Below are positions 37,173-50,029 of a DNA stretch of 64,000 bases, in pieces. A program made the position numbers and the translations under genes. The DNA comes from Podarcis vaucheri. Taxonomy: Eukaryota. Location: the NCBI GenBank assembly GCA_965113315.1, contig OZ220364.1. One strand, given 5' to 3'. Within the stretch, counting starts at the first letter, position 1. Each line of letters starts with the position of its first letter. A model generated the notes under the pieces. That model had not been told where the DNA came from. It did not search any database and was given only the letters and a program-made list of their open reading frames with translations.

Positions 37173-39499
37173 CCCTGTGACCGTCTTATATTTTCTCTCG
37201 TTAGCACTGATGCAATATTTGCAATGTAAAACATGCATTGCCCTTTAACACTACATCCCCGAATTCTAAAATATGCAAATAACTATGGCAGTCATATGTA
37301 GGGGCAAATAACATTGGTACTATGCCACTCAACTTAATAGCATTTCCCAAACATGTGGCTTGGAATTGAGACCCTTTAGAATCCTGCAATAGCAGCCCAG
37401 AATGCTGCAATATGATTTTTATTGTACCATGGGGTCTTTGGGCCAGTGCTGCCATTTTTGCTATATCCATTTTTTTTTTGTTTGAAATGTACATCATTAT
37501 AGAACCTCTTCCTGAATACCCAGTTTCACACTTTAGAGTGCTTTTAACATGTGGAAATTTGCCTTGCGTGCCCACATGCCAGTTACCACAGGTGGTGCCA
37601 ATTATTCCCTGAATACATCAATAAAAAACCAGTCCAAATATGAACAACTTGTACCATGATAACTTCTCTGTTCTGATCTATTGCAAACATCATTCATATA
37701 ATGTGTAATTTACATGCCTATGTCATTCAGTTTTATGCATTTTTACCATTTGGGATCTCCAGTATTGAGTAACTCAGATTTGGTTCCTGTAAAGACCCAT
37801 GGGTCTTCAGCTATAGACAAGAAGGTTGCTTTGTCAGTGTATGGCATTTTGTCTTCTGTCACACTGTTCTTGTTACGAGACATAGTTTGATTTCCACTTA
37901 AATGAATGGCTAAATTTTCATGGATTTTCATGGTTTTTCCAGCCCTTCCATGGGAAGATGGAACTGCTTAAGGTGATGTTCCACAGCATTCTTAGCATGC
38001 TGAAGAAATTTACATGTTTTCAGTTCTGTCTTTGGTACTGCAATATGTTCCTTGTGTATGCATGTTCATCTCACTTTCTCTAATACATACGGCCAATCCT
38101 TTCATTAAGGCTCTGAAGGACGGTGGACAACCACCAGCCCCTTGGTGACAATTCTGTGATTCATATAGTACAGAGTGGTCTGTCAGGTTTGCTCTGTAGA
38201 CTTTGAAGGCGCTTTTCTCTCTCTTCAGTGCAACACAATCTGTGCCTAATATTCTAGACACTGACTTTGCAAACCCTCTGCTGATCAAAATGAGTTCACC
38301 TTTTGAAATATGTACGTAGAAGCAAATACATGCATATGTTACTGTACATATATCTATCTCCAGTGTATATAGTAGGATGCTCTTAGATATTATAAAAAAA
38401 GTGTACTTCCAATTCTAAGAATGAGGATGTGAGGCCAAGGGTGGTTCAAAGGTGATGTGACTAGTGTGAATGAATGGCATGACTTTCAGCTCCTGGGGAA
38501 TTTGGTGGCAAATCTGCAGTTCCACCCTGCAGTGAAACTGCAGCCGTTGCACCATTCCCAGCTAAGCAGGCCTCTCTGTGCATGTGCAGATAGACCTAGT
38601 GCATCATCAAAGCCAGAGGTGGCCTGGACTCACCAGAATCTGGTACTTCAGAAAAGTGGAATCAGGACTTCCAAATTCCCAAAGAAGTTATGGAGCATTC
38701 AAAGTGGGTGGGGCGAATCAGTGTCCACTGAGCCTTTTCCTGAAATGGGGTCCACGGCACCGCCCAGTTTGAGCAGTTCCTCTTGTTTCAGTTTGGCATC
38801 TCACTGACAATTCAAGTGTTTTCTTTTTAACGTCAGCGTGTGACTCTTTTCGGGCTCTTTTTTGCCATGTGGCCCCTCAATTTCATTGACAAGGAGCATG
38901 GAGAAAGACCCCTCAAACTGACCTTGGAAGTGCACGTAAGGGGAAAAGGCTTTGAATGGCAAACTCTGGGCAAACGATAGTCCCACATCACGCAGTTCAG
39001 CAGTATTACTACTCACATGGATCACAGTGGCAAGCCTTCTCTTTTGACATATCAAAAGGGCACATTATATAGTTTACTTGTAACTACAGCAAACTTCCCA
39101 GTTTCTCGATTTGAGGGCAGTATGAAGACACTGTGAATCTCCAAAGTGTTTCTCTCTGCTCTACCCCGTTTGGACTAAGCTAGCCAACCCCTTTTTAATC
39201 CCACTGCATTTATATTCAGCAAATTGCTCCTGCGTTGGACAAAAGTTCCACTTTCTCTCCACTGCATCTCCCTGTATATAAATTGATCCCATTTTTGTGT
39301 CTATAATTCCAGAAGAGAATTGTAAATTATTTGGCAGAATGACCCTTTGATAAACACTGCGGCCATGTATATGTACTGTACGTATTAACGTGTAGATGAG
39401 AATCCTTATTGTATGTAAAGTTTTATGAATGGTTATTTTTTAATTTATGTATTTAATATAGGATTCAATGACCTCTGGTGTTTTAGTTTGTATAAAAAA

Positions 39500-39511
39500 A
39501 ATAAAAATAAA
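39500..39511 (+). terminator. Tandem polyadenylation signals (AATAAA x2); further AATAAA at 39603 and 39744
   Basis: aataaaaataaa preceded by a UGUA/U-rich region and followed by a T-rich tract; TEs resume at ~40 kb. Confidence 0.6.
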
Positions 39512-40114
39512 ACAGCAGCATTTTTTAAAACTTCACTTTACATTAATGGATGTGTTATCCACAGCCTGCTTGAAATCTATTTTGAAACAATACAGAGACA
39601 GCAATAAAGCAGCACACCTGCTTCCTGCCATGTGCTATATTTTCACAGGAAAGTGAGCAAAGTGTGAGAAAAGAACAAGTTTCAGGAGTTGTGCCAGGGA
39701 TCATACGGGATCAGCCTCAGGACTTTTCAACATATGCAGTGATAATAAAGTTGGTCTTGCAACATATAAAGAACATATAAAAATGTGCATTTGAACATGG
39801 GCAGTGCGAATCTTCTCCACCATTAAGATTTAGGTAATAGTCTCCCATGCAGTCCTGAGCCCCATTCAGCTTCATTTTCAGGAATTTAGCAGCTGAGTCA
39901 ACAGCCAGACGTTCTAGTGGCGGAATGATGGGAACCTCCTAAGCCACAAACAGAAGCTAAACGGTTTCAAAAAAAAGTGGGACGTTTTAATTAATGGTAA
40001 AACAGATCTATGATTTAGTTCACAGCATATAGCAGAGATCCCCAAACTTATTTAGCCTACCTCCCCCTTTTCAGAAAACAACTCCTCAGCCCCCCCCCCC
40101 GAAATCTACCTACT

Positions 40115-40352
40115 TTAAGCAAAGGGGCAGGGCCAGGGCTGCAGTTTGCCTGCCACTGACCAAATAGACTGGCAAGCTGTGATCCACTTCCCAGGCCTGG
40201 GAAAACCCCTTGCTTCCAGCATGACCGCCAGATCCAGGAGAGGCAGTGTCGCCATCCCACAACGGGAGGTCACCCCGGGGATTTGAACTGCCAACCTTCT
40301 GATTGGCAAGCCCAGGTGGCTCAGTGGCTCAGACCACAGCGACACCCGCTCC
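40115..40352 (-). mobile_element. SINE with Sauria-type head and atypical body
   Basis: 40270-40352 reverse-matches the head of the SINE at 44234; the remainder does not align well; left boundary approximate. Confidence 0.6.
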
Positions 40353-40463
40353 CAAACCCTTTTTTTAAAAAAAATGGGATCCTCAAATGCATGTTTGGGT
40401 TAAAAGTGGGTCCAAGGTCTTAAAACACTGAAGACTACTGGTGTTACATGAGATTTCACAGTA

Positions 40464-40694
40464 CAGTGGTACCTCGGGTTACATACGCTTCAGGTTACAG
40501 ACTCCGCTAACCCAGAAATATTACCTCGGGTTAAGAACTTTGCTTCAGGATGAGAACAGAAATCGTGCTCCGGTGGCACGGCGGCAGCAGGAGGTCCCAC
40601 CCCATTAGCTAAAGTGGTACCTCAGGTTAAGAACAGTTTCAGGTTAAGAACAGACCTCCAAAGCAAATTAAGTTCTTAACCCGAAGTACCACTG
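40464..40694 (+). mobile_element. Tc1/mariner MITE family D
   Basis: ta|cagtggtacctcgggtta...aacccgaagtaccactg|ta. Confidence 0.92.
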
Positions 40695-41452
40695 TACAGT
40701 GGTATAGCACACACTTAGCATGTATGAAATCTATGGCATGCATAGTTAAAAGGGACTCAGATACAGTATCAGAATTCTAGAAAGAGATTCTGAATCTTTC
40801 CACAAGATGGCAGCAGTTTACTGTCATCAACACCAAATAGGACTGGGTGGGGTAACTGGGGATAGTTTCTTGAGTGTTCAGTATTGCTCTTTCATATTTC
40901 TTTCTCTCTGTCTAAAGCGTATGTCTTTTTCTTCTACACACAGATGAGTCACAAATCCAAAATTATTTGACATTAGATACAGTGCCAGACTATGCTTCAT
41001 TACAAATGAAGGAGGAGTCAAAAATATTATTCCAGAATCTGTCTTTGTGAGAATTCTCCACATTTCTGCCTAAAGACTGAGGCTGGCTGTTACTAACAGA
41101 TGCAGTAAATTAACTTACAAATCCGAGAGACTCAGCAGTCACAAAGAGCCCTGCAACTAATTAATTGCACACAGAACAACTCATCCTTGCTCTTCTGCCA
41201 GACAAGAAAAGGCTAAAGGTCTGTGTGAGTCACCCTCTTCATTTTCAGCTTTCAGAGGCACAAGTCATTTGCTTCTGTTTTGAGATGAGAAAGCATTCAC
41301 ACACCCCAGTTTACATATCTTCTGCCTCTAGTACTCTTTTTTATTGTTGCTGTTCCAAGTATAGCCATAATTTCTAATTTCTAATTGTTGTTCCAGCACT
41401 CTGATTTACCAGGAGACCAGAAAAACAAGGCCTGTTCCAAGTAAATAAGGCA

Positions 41453-41747
41453 CAGGCCCCCCAAGTGCCCCTATCTTCCAGGGGAAAACCCCAGATTTAC
41501 AGAAGCTGTCCTGCTTTCTGATTTCATCCCAGAAGGTCCCGCTTCTCTTTAGGATGCAGTGTCGTAGCGTGGGTTGTCAGCGCCCAGGGCAAGGCAAGTA
41601 ATTTGCACCCCCTAACTCGTGGATTTGCGCCCCCTAACCCTAACCCCCAGATGTTGCGCCCGGTGCGGCCCGCCCCCCCTGCACCCCCCACGCTACGCCA
41701 CTGTTAGGATGTCCCTGTTTTCATATTTTCAAATGTTGGGAGGTATG
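41453..41747 (+). mobile_element. Older MITE (same family as 63187-63324) interrupted by a family C copy
   Basis: Halves rejoin at ttaggatg and align with 63187-63324. Confidence 0.75.
41557..41703 (+). mobile_element. hAT MITE family C, 147 bp
   Basis: TIR cagtgtcgtagcgtggg/cccacgctacgccactg; perfect TSD TTAGGATG. Confidence 0.92.
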
Positions 41748-42476
41748 ATCTGTAATCCTACACACACTTTCCTGGCACATCTCTTTCTGGTAGGTGTGCA
41801 TACCTAGAGTAATACAGAAGTGTTTCACATTCACAAAGAGATTAAGGCGCACTTGAATTTCTAGCCACTTTTGATTATGCTTCCCTTTTGCAAGTGAAAT
41901 AATCTGTTTCTCTAATGTCCCATTTAGCACTCCTTGCAATTCAGGATTAAATAAATAGGCCCAGCAGCCTGTGCATATCTTTTAGCCAAGACAGTTTTAG
42001 CCCCTCAGCTGTTATTGACCTTCACACACACCCCCAACCAGGGGTAGCCCTCACACATTGCTGTAATCCAACCCCCCAGCATGCTCCATTCCTCTGGAAT
42101 GCAGTGACCTGGCTACCCCTGCTCTAAATCAGCCTTTCTCAACCTGGGGTTGTCCAGATGTTTTGGACTACAACTCCCATCACCCCAGCCAGGCTAGCAA
42201 AGGTGGGCCTAAACTCCCGAGCAATCGAGAGATCAGAAAGCTCAGCTTCATCTGGGTTATTCCAGCTCAGCTTTGCCAATAGCTGCTTCCCTCCTAATTC
42301 AAGCCACAGCTTTGGGAAGTCAATTCTTGACAGGATTGGGCAGGGTGGGGGGTAGAGGTGAGAAAGAGAGAGAAAATTCCTCCTGCGCTATGAAACAGCA
42401 ACACAGACACTTAAAATGTGATGGTGCTTTTAACACAGTATGTTTGTAGTTCGGAGCTCAGCTTCTGCTGCTGGTA

Positions 42477-42694
42477 CAATGGTACCTTGGGTTAAGAACT
42501 TAATTCGTTCTGGAGGTCCGTTCTTAACCTGAAACTGTTCTTAACCTGAAGCACCACTTTAGCTAATGGGGCCTCCCGCTGCCACCGCTGCGCAATTTCT
42601 GTTCTCATCCTGAAGCAAAGTTCTTAACCCGAGGTACTATTTCTGGGTTAGCAGAATCTGTAACCTGAAGCGTCTGTAACCTGAGGTACCACTG
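42477..42694 (-). mobile_element. Tc1/mariner MITE family D
   Basis: Reverse copy with TA flanks. Confidence 0.9.
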
Positions 42695-43414
42695 TATCTT
42701 GGATCCCACTCCCTTTTTTTTTTCCTTCAGTACAACCACTGCCGTTGACCAAAGGAAGATATTTTAGAAGCCTGTTGATGTTAATCTCAACTCACAAACC
42801 TTGGCTGCATTCTTCCTGAGGAGATTTAACTAGCTACTGCAAACTTTGTTTTCTGAGTGAGATCACTGCAGGGCAGATACTTTGCTTTCTTTCCTTTTTT
42901 TAAAAAAATACTTATTTAAAACTTTATTTAGCACAGCAATCAATTTTAGTCCTTTTGACCCCAGGAGCTGTTTGTGTTTTAAAAGGGTGGCTTTATAAAA
43001 GAGCCAGGATCAGCTCCTTAGCACATGACAACGCAACAAAGTTCAGTGAAATCCAACTCCTTCCATGTTCTCCATGAACAGCTTCCATTGTGCTAGTTTT
43101 GCACAGTCCAGAAAAGGAGGACAAGGGAGAGGGACAGAAGGACGGGCTCGCTTTTGTCTGAAACAGCGAGACATGGTGCAAAGACAAAGAGACCCCTTGG
43201 AATGGGGTCAGTGTGGTAATTTAAGCAAAAGAAGAGCTCTTATTTTTAACCACTACAATACTGGATGCTAGTTAAATATTTGGTACACATTGAACGGTTG
43301 CCCAATCTGCATCCAGTTTAAAGAAAGAACCATAATTACAGAAAGCTGTGAAACTGCCCATCTGAAGTTAGCACCCAGACAGAGTACCCCTAAACATTTT
43401 TTTAAGAAAAAAAG

Positions 43415-43454
<40 letters not shown>

Positions 43455-43459
43455 ATATA

Positions 43460-43685
43460 CAGTGGTACCTCAGGTTAAGTACTTAATTCGTTCCAGAGGT
43501 CCATACTTAGCCTGAAACTGTTCTTAACCTGAAGCACCACTTTAGCTAATGGGGCCTCCCGCTGCTGCCACACCGCCAGAGCACGATTTCTGTTCTCATC
43601 CTGAAGCAAAGTTCTTAACCTGAAGCACTATTTCTGGGTTAGTGGAGTCTGTAACCTGAAGCATATGTAACCTGAGGTACCACTG
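43460..43685 (-). mobile_element. Tc1/mariner MITE family D inserted in a (GT)n microsatellite
   Basis: Reverse copy; (GT)n on both sides (43417-43452, 43685-43706). Confidence 0.9.
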
Positions 43686-43896
43686 TGTGTGTGTGTGTGT
43701 GTGTGTACACACACACACGCATATATGCACATGTACATATAAATTAGCATATGGGAAGTATCATCTTTTTTGTAATGCGTATGTAGCCACAATCCTATCA
43801 GATAAACAAGGCATGTTGCATGTTATAGGCCCAGCCATCAAGCAAAAGCTCCTTCAAAATACTCAGGAGAGAAACTGACATTTTTCTGATAACATA

Positions 43897-43990
43897 TGCT
43901 CTGATGGTGTTTCCTGCTTGGCAGGGGGTTGGACTCGATGGCCCTTGTGGTCTCTTCCAACTCTAGGATTCTATGATTCTATGATTCTAT
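43897..43990 (+). mobile_element. CR1 LINE 3' end fragment
   Basis: Nearly identical to 25169-25266. Confidence 0.9.
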
Positions 43991-44233
43991 ATGGAATGGA
44001 TGGCTGGGATGGTGTTCTCCATGCCAACTCAGTGCCTGGCTTGAACCTCTAGAAGGGAACAGGACTGACAACCAAGTAAGGAGCTCTCCTCTGGCAAAAG
44101 ATAAAATCAGAAATAAAATGATTCAGTGACATTACACTTGTTCAAACAGCAACGATGTGAGATTAGATTGTGGACCTTAGCTGGAAAGCAAAGAGCTTGG
44201 TTTGCATGAAGCATGCCAGCAAGTAACCCTCCA

Positions 44234-44596
44234 GGGATGCAGGTAGTGCTGTGGCCTAAACCAAGGAGCCTCTTGGGCTTGCCGATCAGAAGGTCAGCAG
44301 TTCGAATCCCGGCAACAGGGTGATTCTTGCCAACCTAACAGTTCGAAAGCACACCAGTGCAAGTAGATAAATAGGTACCACTGTGGCGGGAAGGTAAACG
44401 GCGTTTCCGTATGCTCTGGTTTCTGTCACAGTGTTCCGTTGTGCCAAAAGTGGTTTAGTCATGCTGGCCACATGACCCGGAAAGCTGTCTGTGGACAAAC
44501 GCTGGCTCCCATGGCCTGAAAGTGGGATGAGCGCTGCAACCCCATAGTTGCCTTTGACTGGACTTAACCACCCAGGGGTCCTTTACCTTTACCTTA
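44234..44596 (+). mobile_element. Sauria SINE (Squam1), near full length
   Basis: Head gggatgcaggtagtgctgtgg...gttcgaatcc; body gtgcaagtagataaataggtacc; tail (CCTTTA)n. Confidence 0.88.
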
Positions 44597-44821
44597 CCAG
44601 GTAAGGAGCAGCTACACATTTATTCCGCATATTGCAGTTCTTAAAAACAAGGCAACAGAAAAGGGAGAGAGCAATGATGACCTGGAAATACACAAATCCC
44701 ATTTAAGGCTGAATTCTAGAAGTTACCAAAGAACAGAACCTTCACCCCACTCATTGCTAGCCTCCATCTTCTGGAGACTATCTTTGCTCCAATAACTAAA
44801 CTCGATGTGTTGCTGAAATTT

Positions 44822-45010
44822 TAGGAACATGGGAAGCTGCTTCATACTGAATTGGACCATTGGTCCACCTTGCCTAGTTTTGCACAGTAACTGACAGTGG
44901 CTTGCTGGGTTTTCAGGATCTCTCCCAGCGCCATCCAGAGATGCCAAGGAGTGGACCTTTTGCATAGAAAACAGATACTGTACTCTGCTGCTGAACTACA
45001 GCCTTTCCCC
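44822..45010 (-). mobile_element. Squam3-like SINE
   Basis: taggaacatgggaagctgc...ggaccattggtcca reverse tail. Confidence 0.7.
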
Positions 45011-47279
45011 TTGTTCACTCTAGCTGAGAAAAACTGGTTCCTTTCTCACTTCTTGAGGTGGCAGCAGAGCTTTGCTTTCATTGCATTTGTTGTCAAGAGA
45101 GACAAAATATTATTCTGCCTTTCTGGCAAAGTGTGCAGGCCCATGGACGGAAGGGCAGCAGCTCACAAAAGGGAAGGCAGGCTGCACCGCAATGGAGGCC
45201 TTGTGGTGGGGAGTTGCCAAGAAAAGCCTCAGAGGAGAAACAGAAAGTATATTTTTATAACTACAAAGATTTAGTTAATTGCTTTAATTTACAGTCTTCA
45301 CCCCACCAAAGTCAGTTCAAATCCACAGCATCCTTGCAAAAGTGTGTTTTATTGCTACGGACTTGGTAAATAAAAAAAAAGAAAGAAAATGCCATTTTGA
45401 AATGGAAAAAAAGCTGTGTGTGACTTTATGCCTTTTGCATGCGTGTGTAATGTTCCACCCCATGACTCACAGAAAGATGGGAAGCCATGTTCCAACCATT
45501 TGTTTTTGCATAAATCAGAAGACAAAGTGAAAAAGAATTATATAAATGGAAACGAATTATTCTGGCACTATAGTTTTAGATTTATTTTTTTAAAAAAAAT
45601 AAAGGATAATTTATAACAGTGAATGTTGCTAAGGGAATAAACACATAACATGGGATCTGGAATGTATCTAAATGTCACTGAAGTTTTGTAGTGTCTGGAC
45701 CATCTCTGTAAATTAAAGCATTCTGAATCTAGTGTGTAAGACTCAGTAAGACATCCTTAAAGTTTATGTTTGCTAAGGGAAATAAAGCAAATAGATCAGA
45801 TTTGAAGCTTTTGAAGCACAGTCCAAACACATTTCCAAGGATATCTCAGCAGAATCATTTGTAACATTCTTAGCCAACCAAAACTGGCTGCAGATGAAAA
45901 TAAGAAATGATACTTAAGCATATGGAGCACCTGCATTTTCACAGGTCAGACTAATTCTGATAACAAAATTAACTCTCTTTTTTTTAAGATTTGCATGCCT
46001 AGCAAATGTTATCAAGTTGGGTGGTCGCCTTAGTCCCGGGGTCCCAAATGTGGTGCCCATGGGTGCTACAGTGACCTCAGACATCTCCCTTGCCACCTGT
46101 CAATACCTTCTGTCCCTCCCTTTTTTAAAAAAGTTATTTTTTGTGTTTTGTGGGGAACATTGTCTATTTCAGGGGAGAGATGTTTCTGAGCATTAACACC
46201 ATTTTTTCTCCTATGAACGCCCTGCCAATGAAGCATGTGTTGAACTTACACCAAAAGAGGGACACAAGACAGTGGAATAAATATAGTAACAGTTCTCAGG
46301 GTGTCATAAGAACATGAGAAGAGACAGCTGGATGAGGCCAATAACCCACATGGTCCAGCATCTTGTTCTCACGTCCGCCAACCAGATGTCTATGCGAAGC
46401 TTGAAAGCCGGACCTGACACTGGCAAATATGCTACAAAGTGTCTCGTATGCTGCAATGGATTACAATGTGAGAACAACTTAACATGCAAGGAGGAAGAAC
46501 ACGCAATATTGTGAGAGTAAGTGCTTTAGATTTGTGAAGCGCAGAAATACTGGTTCTCCCAAGGGAATGGCGTGGGGAGCTTCCCAAACCCCAGGAACTG
46601 CTGTATTTTCTATGTCTGAAAAAGCAAGCCACATGTTTAGGAGCATAAACGCAGCTGCCTAACTTTAATAATCCTCCGTGGCCTAAATCTTTTTCCAGTG
46701 GCAGACAACAAAAGCGAACCATTTTGCACGCGGATGAAGACCTTGTGAAAGAACAACTTCTAACCAGAGCCCAGTTCACAGATGTAAAGCTTTCTTTTTC
46801 AGCTCTAGCACAACAGATGGGGTCTTCAGGGAGAAGAGTTGATAATCTGTGGATTAAAGACTCCCTAATTACACACTGATTACAGCTGTATTGTGGGGGC
46901 AGATGAAACAGGCAGACATAGCCATATCTACTCTAAACAAGTACCAGATGGCCTTTAACCTGGAGGTCCCTTTGCCCATTAGAAAGAACCTGAAATAACA
47001 TGGGAGCGTTCTTTGCTAAGCTTAGGGTATAGAGAAGAGTGGCCAGAGCTCTCCCAAAGCTGGTAACACTACAGTTTACATCAATGGGGGCAGGACAGTG
47101 CTGTGGCATTGAGGTTAGGTCTGTGCCAACACCCTGACGGAGTCAATTAGTTGCTTAATGTTTGTGCATCTGCACAGCCCCAACGCTGATGCCTTTCTGC
47201 TCCTCACCCCAAGTCCTGTCCAGGGAAGGTGTAGCAATATTGTTGTCCAAAAGGCAACACCATGGCTATTCCTCATTAC

Positions 47280-47448
47280 CAGTGGCGTAGCGTGGGGGGT
47301 GCAGGGGGGGCCGGACGCACCGGGCGCAACATCTGGGGGTTAGGGTTAGGGGGCGCAAATCCACGGGTTAGGGGGCGCAAATCCACGGGTTAGGGGGCGC
47401 AAATTACTTGCCTTGCCCCGGGTGCTGACAACCTACGCTACGCCACTG
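47280..47448 (-). mobile_element. hAT MITE family C, 169 bp
   Basis: Same TIR; perfect TSD CTCATTAC; internal 22-bp tandem unit. Confidence 0.92.
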
Positions 47449-47722
47449 CTCATTACATCACGTCTACTGATACCCAGGCTCTCTAAAGTTACTCTTGCTC
47501 TCCCAATATTCCAAAAGAATATAAAGATAAAACTTTGATCCAATGGAAGTAATTCTTTACGAACCACCTAAGCCTCCTGATCCATAAGCGAGAAAACCAT
47601 CAATATCCCATTGATCAGCAAAGAAGCAAGTCAGCTAGCTCAGGTATGTTGATAGTTGTAATTCCGATCCAGCATTTAAATTGTCAACACACAAAGCTAT
47701 AAAGTCAGATTATGCTGTACAT

Positions 47723-47963
47723 CATGGGTAGGCAAACTAAGGCCCGGGGGCCAGATGCGGCCGATTGCCTTCTAAATCCAGCCCACAGATGGTGTGGGAA
47801 TCAGCGTGTTTTTACATGAGTAGAATGTGTGCTTTTAAATAAAATGCATCTCTGGGTTATTTGTGGGGCATAGGAATTCGTTCATCCCCCCCCCAGTCCG
47901 GCCCCCCACCAGGTCTGAGGGACATTGAACCAGCCCACTGCTGAACAAGTTTGCTGACCCCTG
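47723..47963. mobile_element. hAT (Charlie-like) MITE, 241 bp
   Basis: catgggtaggcaaact / agtttgctgacccctg; perfect TSD CTGTACAT. Confidence 0.88.
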
Positions 47964-48228
47964 CTGTACATTCTCACTTTAACGGGTTTACATCTGCTCA
48001 CTTGTACAGTTTATCTCCATTCTGTCAAATTTATAATTGCTTCTTTGATATTAGCAGTTCTATCATTGGAGGCAGATTTTGCATAATTGCTAGGACCATT
48101 TTTAGGTAGCCTCCCATAACAAAAATAAAATATTTCATAGCAGAAGCTGTGATCCTTAGCTATATTCCAGCACTGGTCATTTAGGGACAGTTAGGCATAA
48201 GCACCTTCAGCAGTGAAGCCCTACTTAT

Positions 48229-48582
48229 TTCCAAGATGTTGGTTTTGATCCATAAAGCTTTAAACGACTCAGGACCACAACACCGCAAGGACCGCCGTGC
48301 ACCATATGAACCGACCTGGACCCTGTGATCCTCATTTGAGACCCTTCTTTGTGTGCTTTCTCTGTACAAGATCTGGAGGGAAGCAACACGAGAATAGGCC
48401 AGAGGGTTACGTAAATGGTGGTTCAACTGTACATGGCTTTTAGAAGACATCTGAAGGCAGCCCTGTTTAGGGAAGTTCTTAATGTTGGATGTTTTATCGT
48501 GTTTTAATATTTTGTTGGGAGCCACCCAGAGTGGCTGGGGAAACCCAGCCAGATGGGCAGATTAATAATAATAATAATAACA
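48229..48582 (+). mobile_element. L2 LINE 3' fragment
   Basis: FKMLVLIHKALNDSGP-like ORF2 remnant; 3' end shared with 9780-10004; (AAT)n tail. Confidence 0.75.
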
Positions 48583-50029
48583 ATAGTCTGCTCCTGATTC
48601 CCCAAAACTAGTATTCAGTGGCAAACTGCCTCCAATTCCAGAGGTAGTACAGAGCCAATGTGACTAGGGGCACTCAATAGCCTTATCAGTGTGTTTAATC
48701 CCCTTTTAAAGCCTGTGCCCTTGCCAACAATGGCAGTTGGCATGAATGACGCTCCCTAATCCCGGGCACGAGATTGGCCAGGAGTTTCAGGACACAAGAT
48801 TACAACCCTTTAAAAATGAGCAGTCAAGAGTTGCCAGCTGGGATGTGCATTCCTGTGCCTTCAATCTCTCAGCTATATCTCTTAGGCACCAAAGTAGCAG
48901 GAGGCCTCCCGGCTCACAGACTCAATGTCATTCCAAGGCCACAGCATTTTATTAGCAGGATTAAAGACTAGGAGGAAATATTTGTTGTCAGTATCCTAGC
49001 TAATCTTCAGAATACCCCAAGCTCTGGCGGTTGCAGGAGAAACTGGCTAGTCTTTATTAGGCAAACAAAGTGCCTTCCTACCTCTGGGCTGCACTGTGAT
49101 GACCTAACTCTTTTACTATGTCTTTACAACTCAAATGCAGCCTGGGAGCCATTAGCAAAAAAAAAAAAAGGGGGGGGGAAGACTGGTGCCCCGATGTGTT
49201 CTCTGTGCTTTTGTATAAGGGGCTAGTGAGTCAGCTCATACATCATTCATTCTTTGCATAAATAACAGGACTTATTCTTCTCAGTTAATTGCATGCTGGG
49301 CCTTCAAATTTTGTGAGAGACAACCTGTCTCCCACCCTTGGATCCAGACATTCTTTCCAGAGGCACATTCCAGCACAGGCTTTGAGTTTCTGAACACCTT
49401 CCGTTCTACACAGAATTCCTCATGTCTCCTCAATAACTGGGGGGGGGGGAGGCATTTTGAGATGCCCGTGGCATTTTGTGGAAAGCCATTAATCACAGAT
49501 TGCAAGCCACAACAATAACCCCCACCCCTTTGAGCCAAGAGACTTTAGTATTCTTATTTGTTGAAATTGTAGTCTGCTCCACAACCCTAGTCCTTTGTCA
49601 ATCTTAAAAGCTATGTGCATTATAAGCATAAGAATAACTGACCAAAAACATGGTAGGAGCTGGAACACAGCCTATTGTTTCTCATGGGATGGCTAGTTAG
49701 AATGTCACTGTTTATACCCACTACAATGACATTTGGGGATGGTCTTAAAAAGTGTTTGGATAAATTCATGGAGTATTCTTTATGTCTGTTAGTGGCTACA
49801 GGGCCACAGCACTGACACTAACTTCTCCCTTTTCCTCTGCCTACACGACCTTGTGCCACTATTCTCCATCCTGCCACTTGCCATCTCATTGTCTCGCCCC
49901 TTACCTGCCATTTGCTACCTCCCAGGATTTCTGGGGCCTTCCTTGTGCCTCAGTGCTGTGCTCTGAGAAAGGGATCCTGTGAAAGGAAGCAAGCCATTGT
50001 GACTAGATGCCATGGCCGTGGCAAGCACT

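Larger units (their letters stand above)
32401..39530 (+). other. JAKMIP2: Putative JAKMIP2 terminal exon / long 3'UTR (encodes S-D-stop if the TM exon is skipped)
   Basis: Strong acceptor gcttttctcttgctttgtag|AGCGATTGA; ~7 kb almost free of recognisable TEs, ending in a U/UG-rich block with clustered AATAAA; 3' end approximate. Confidence 0.7.
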
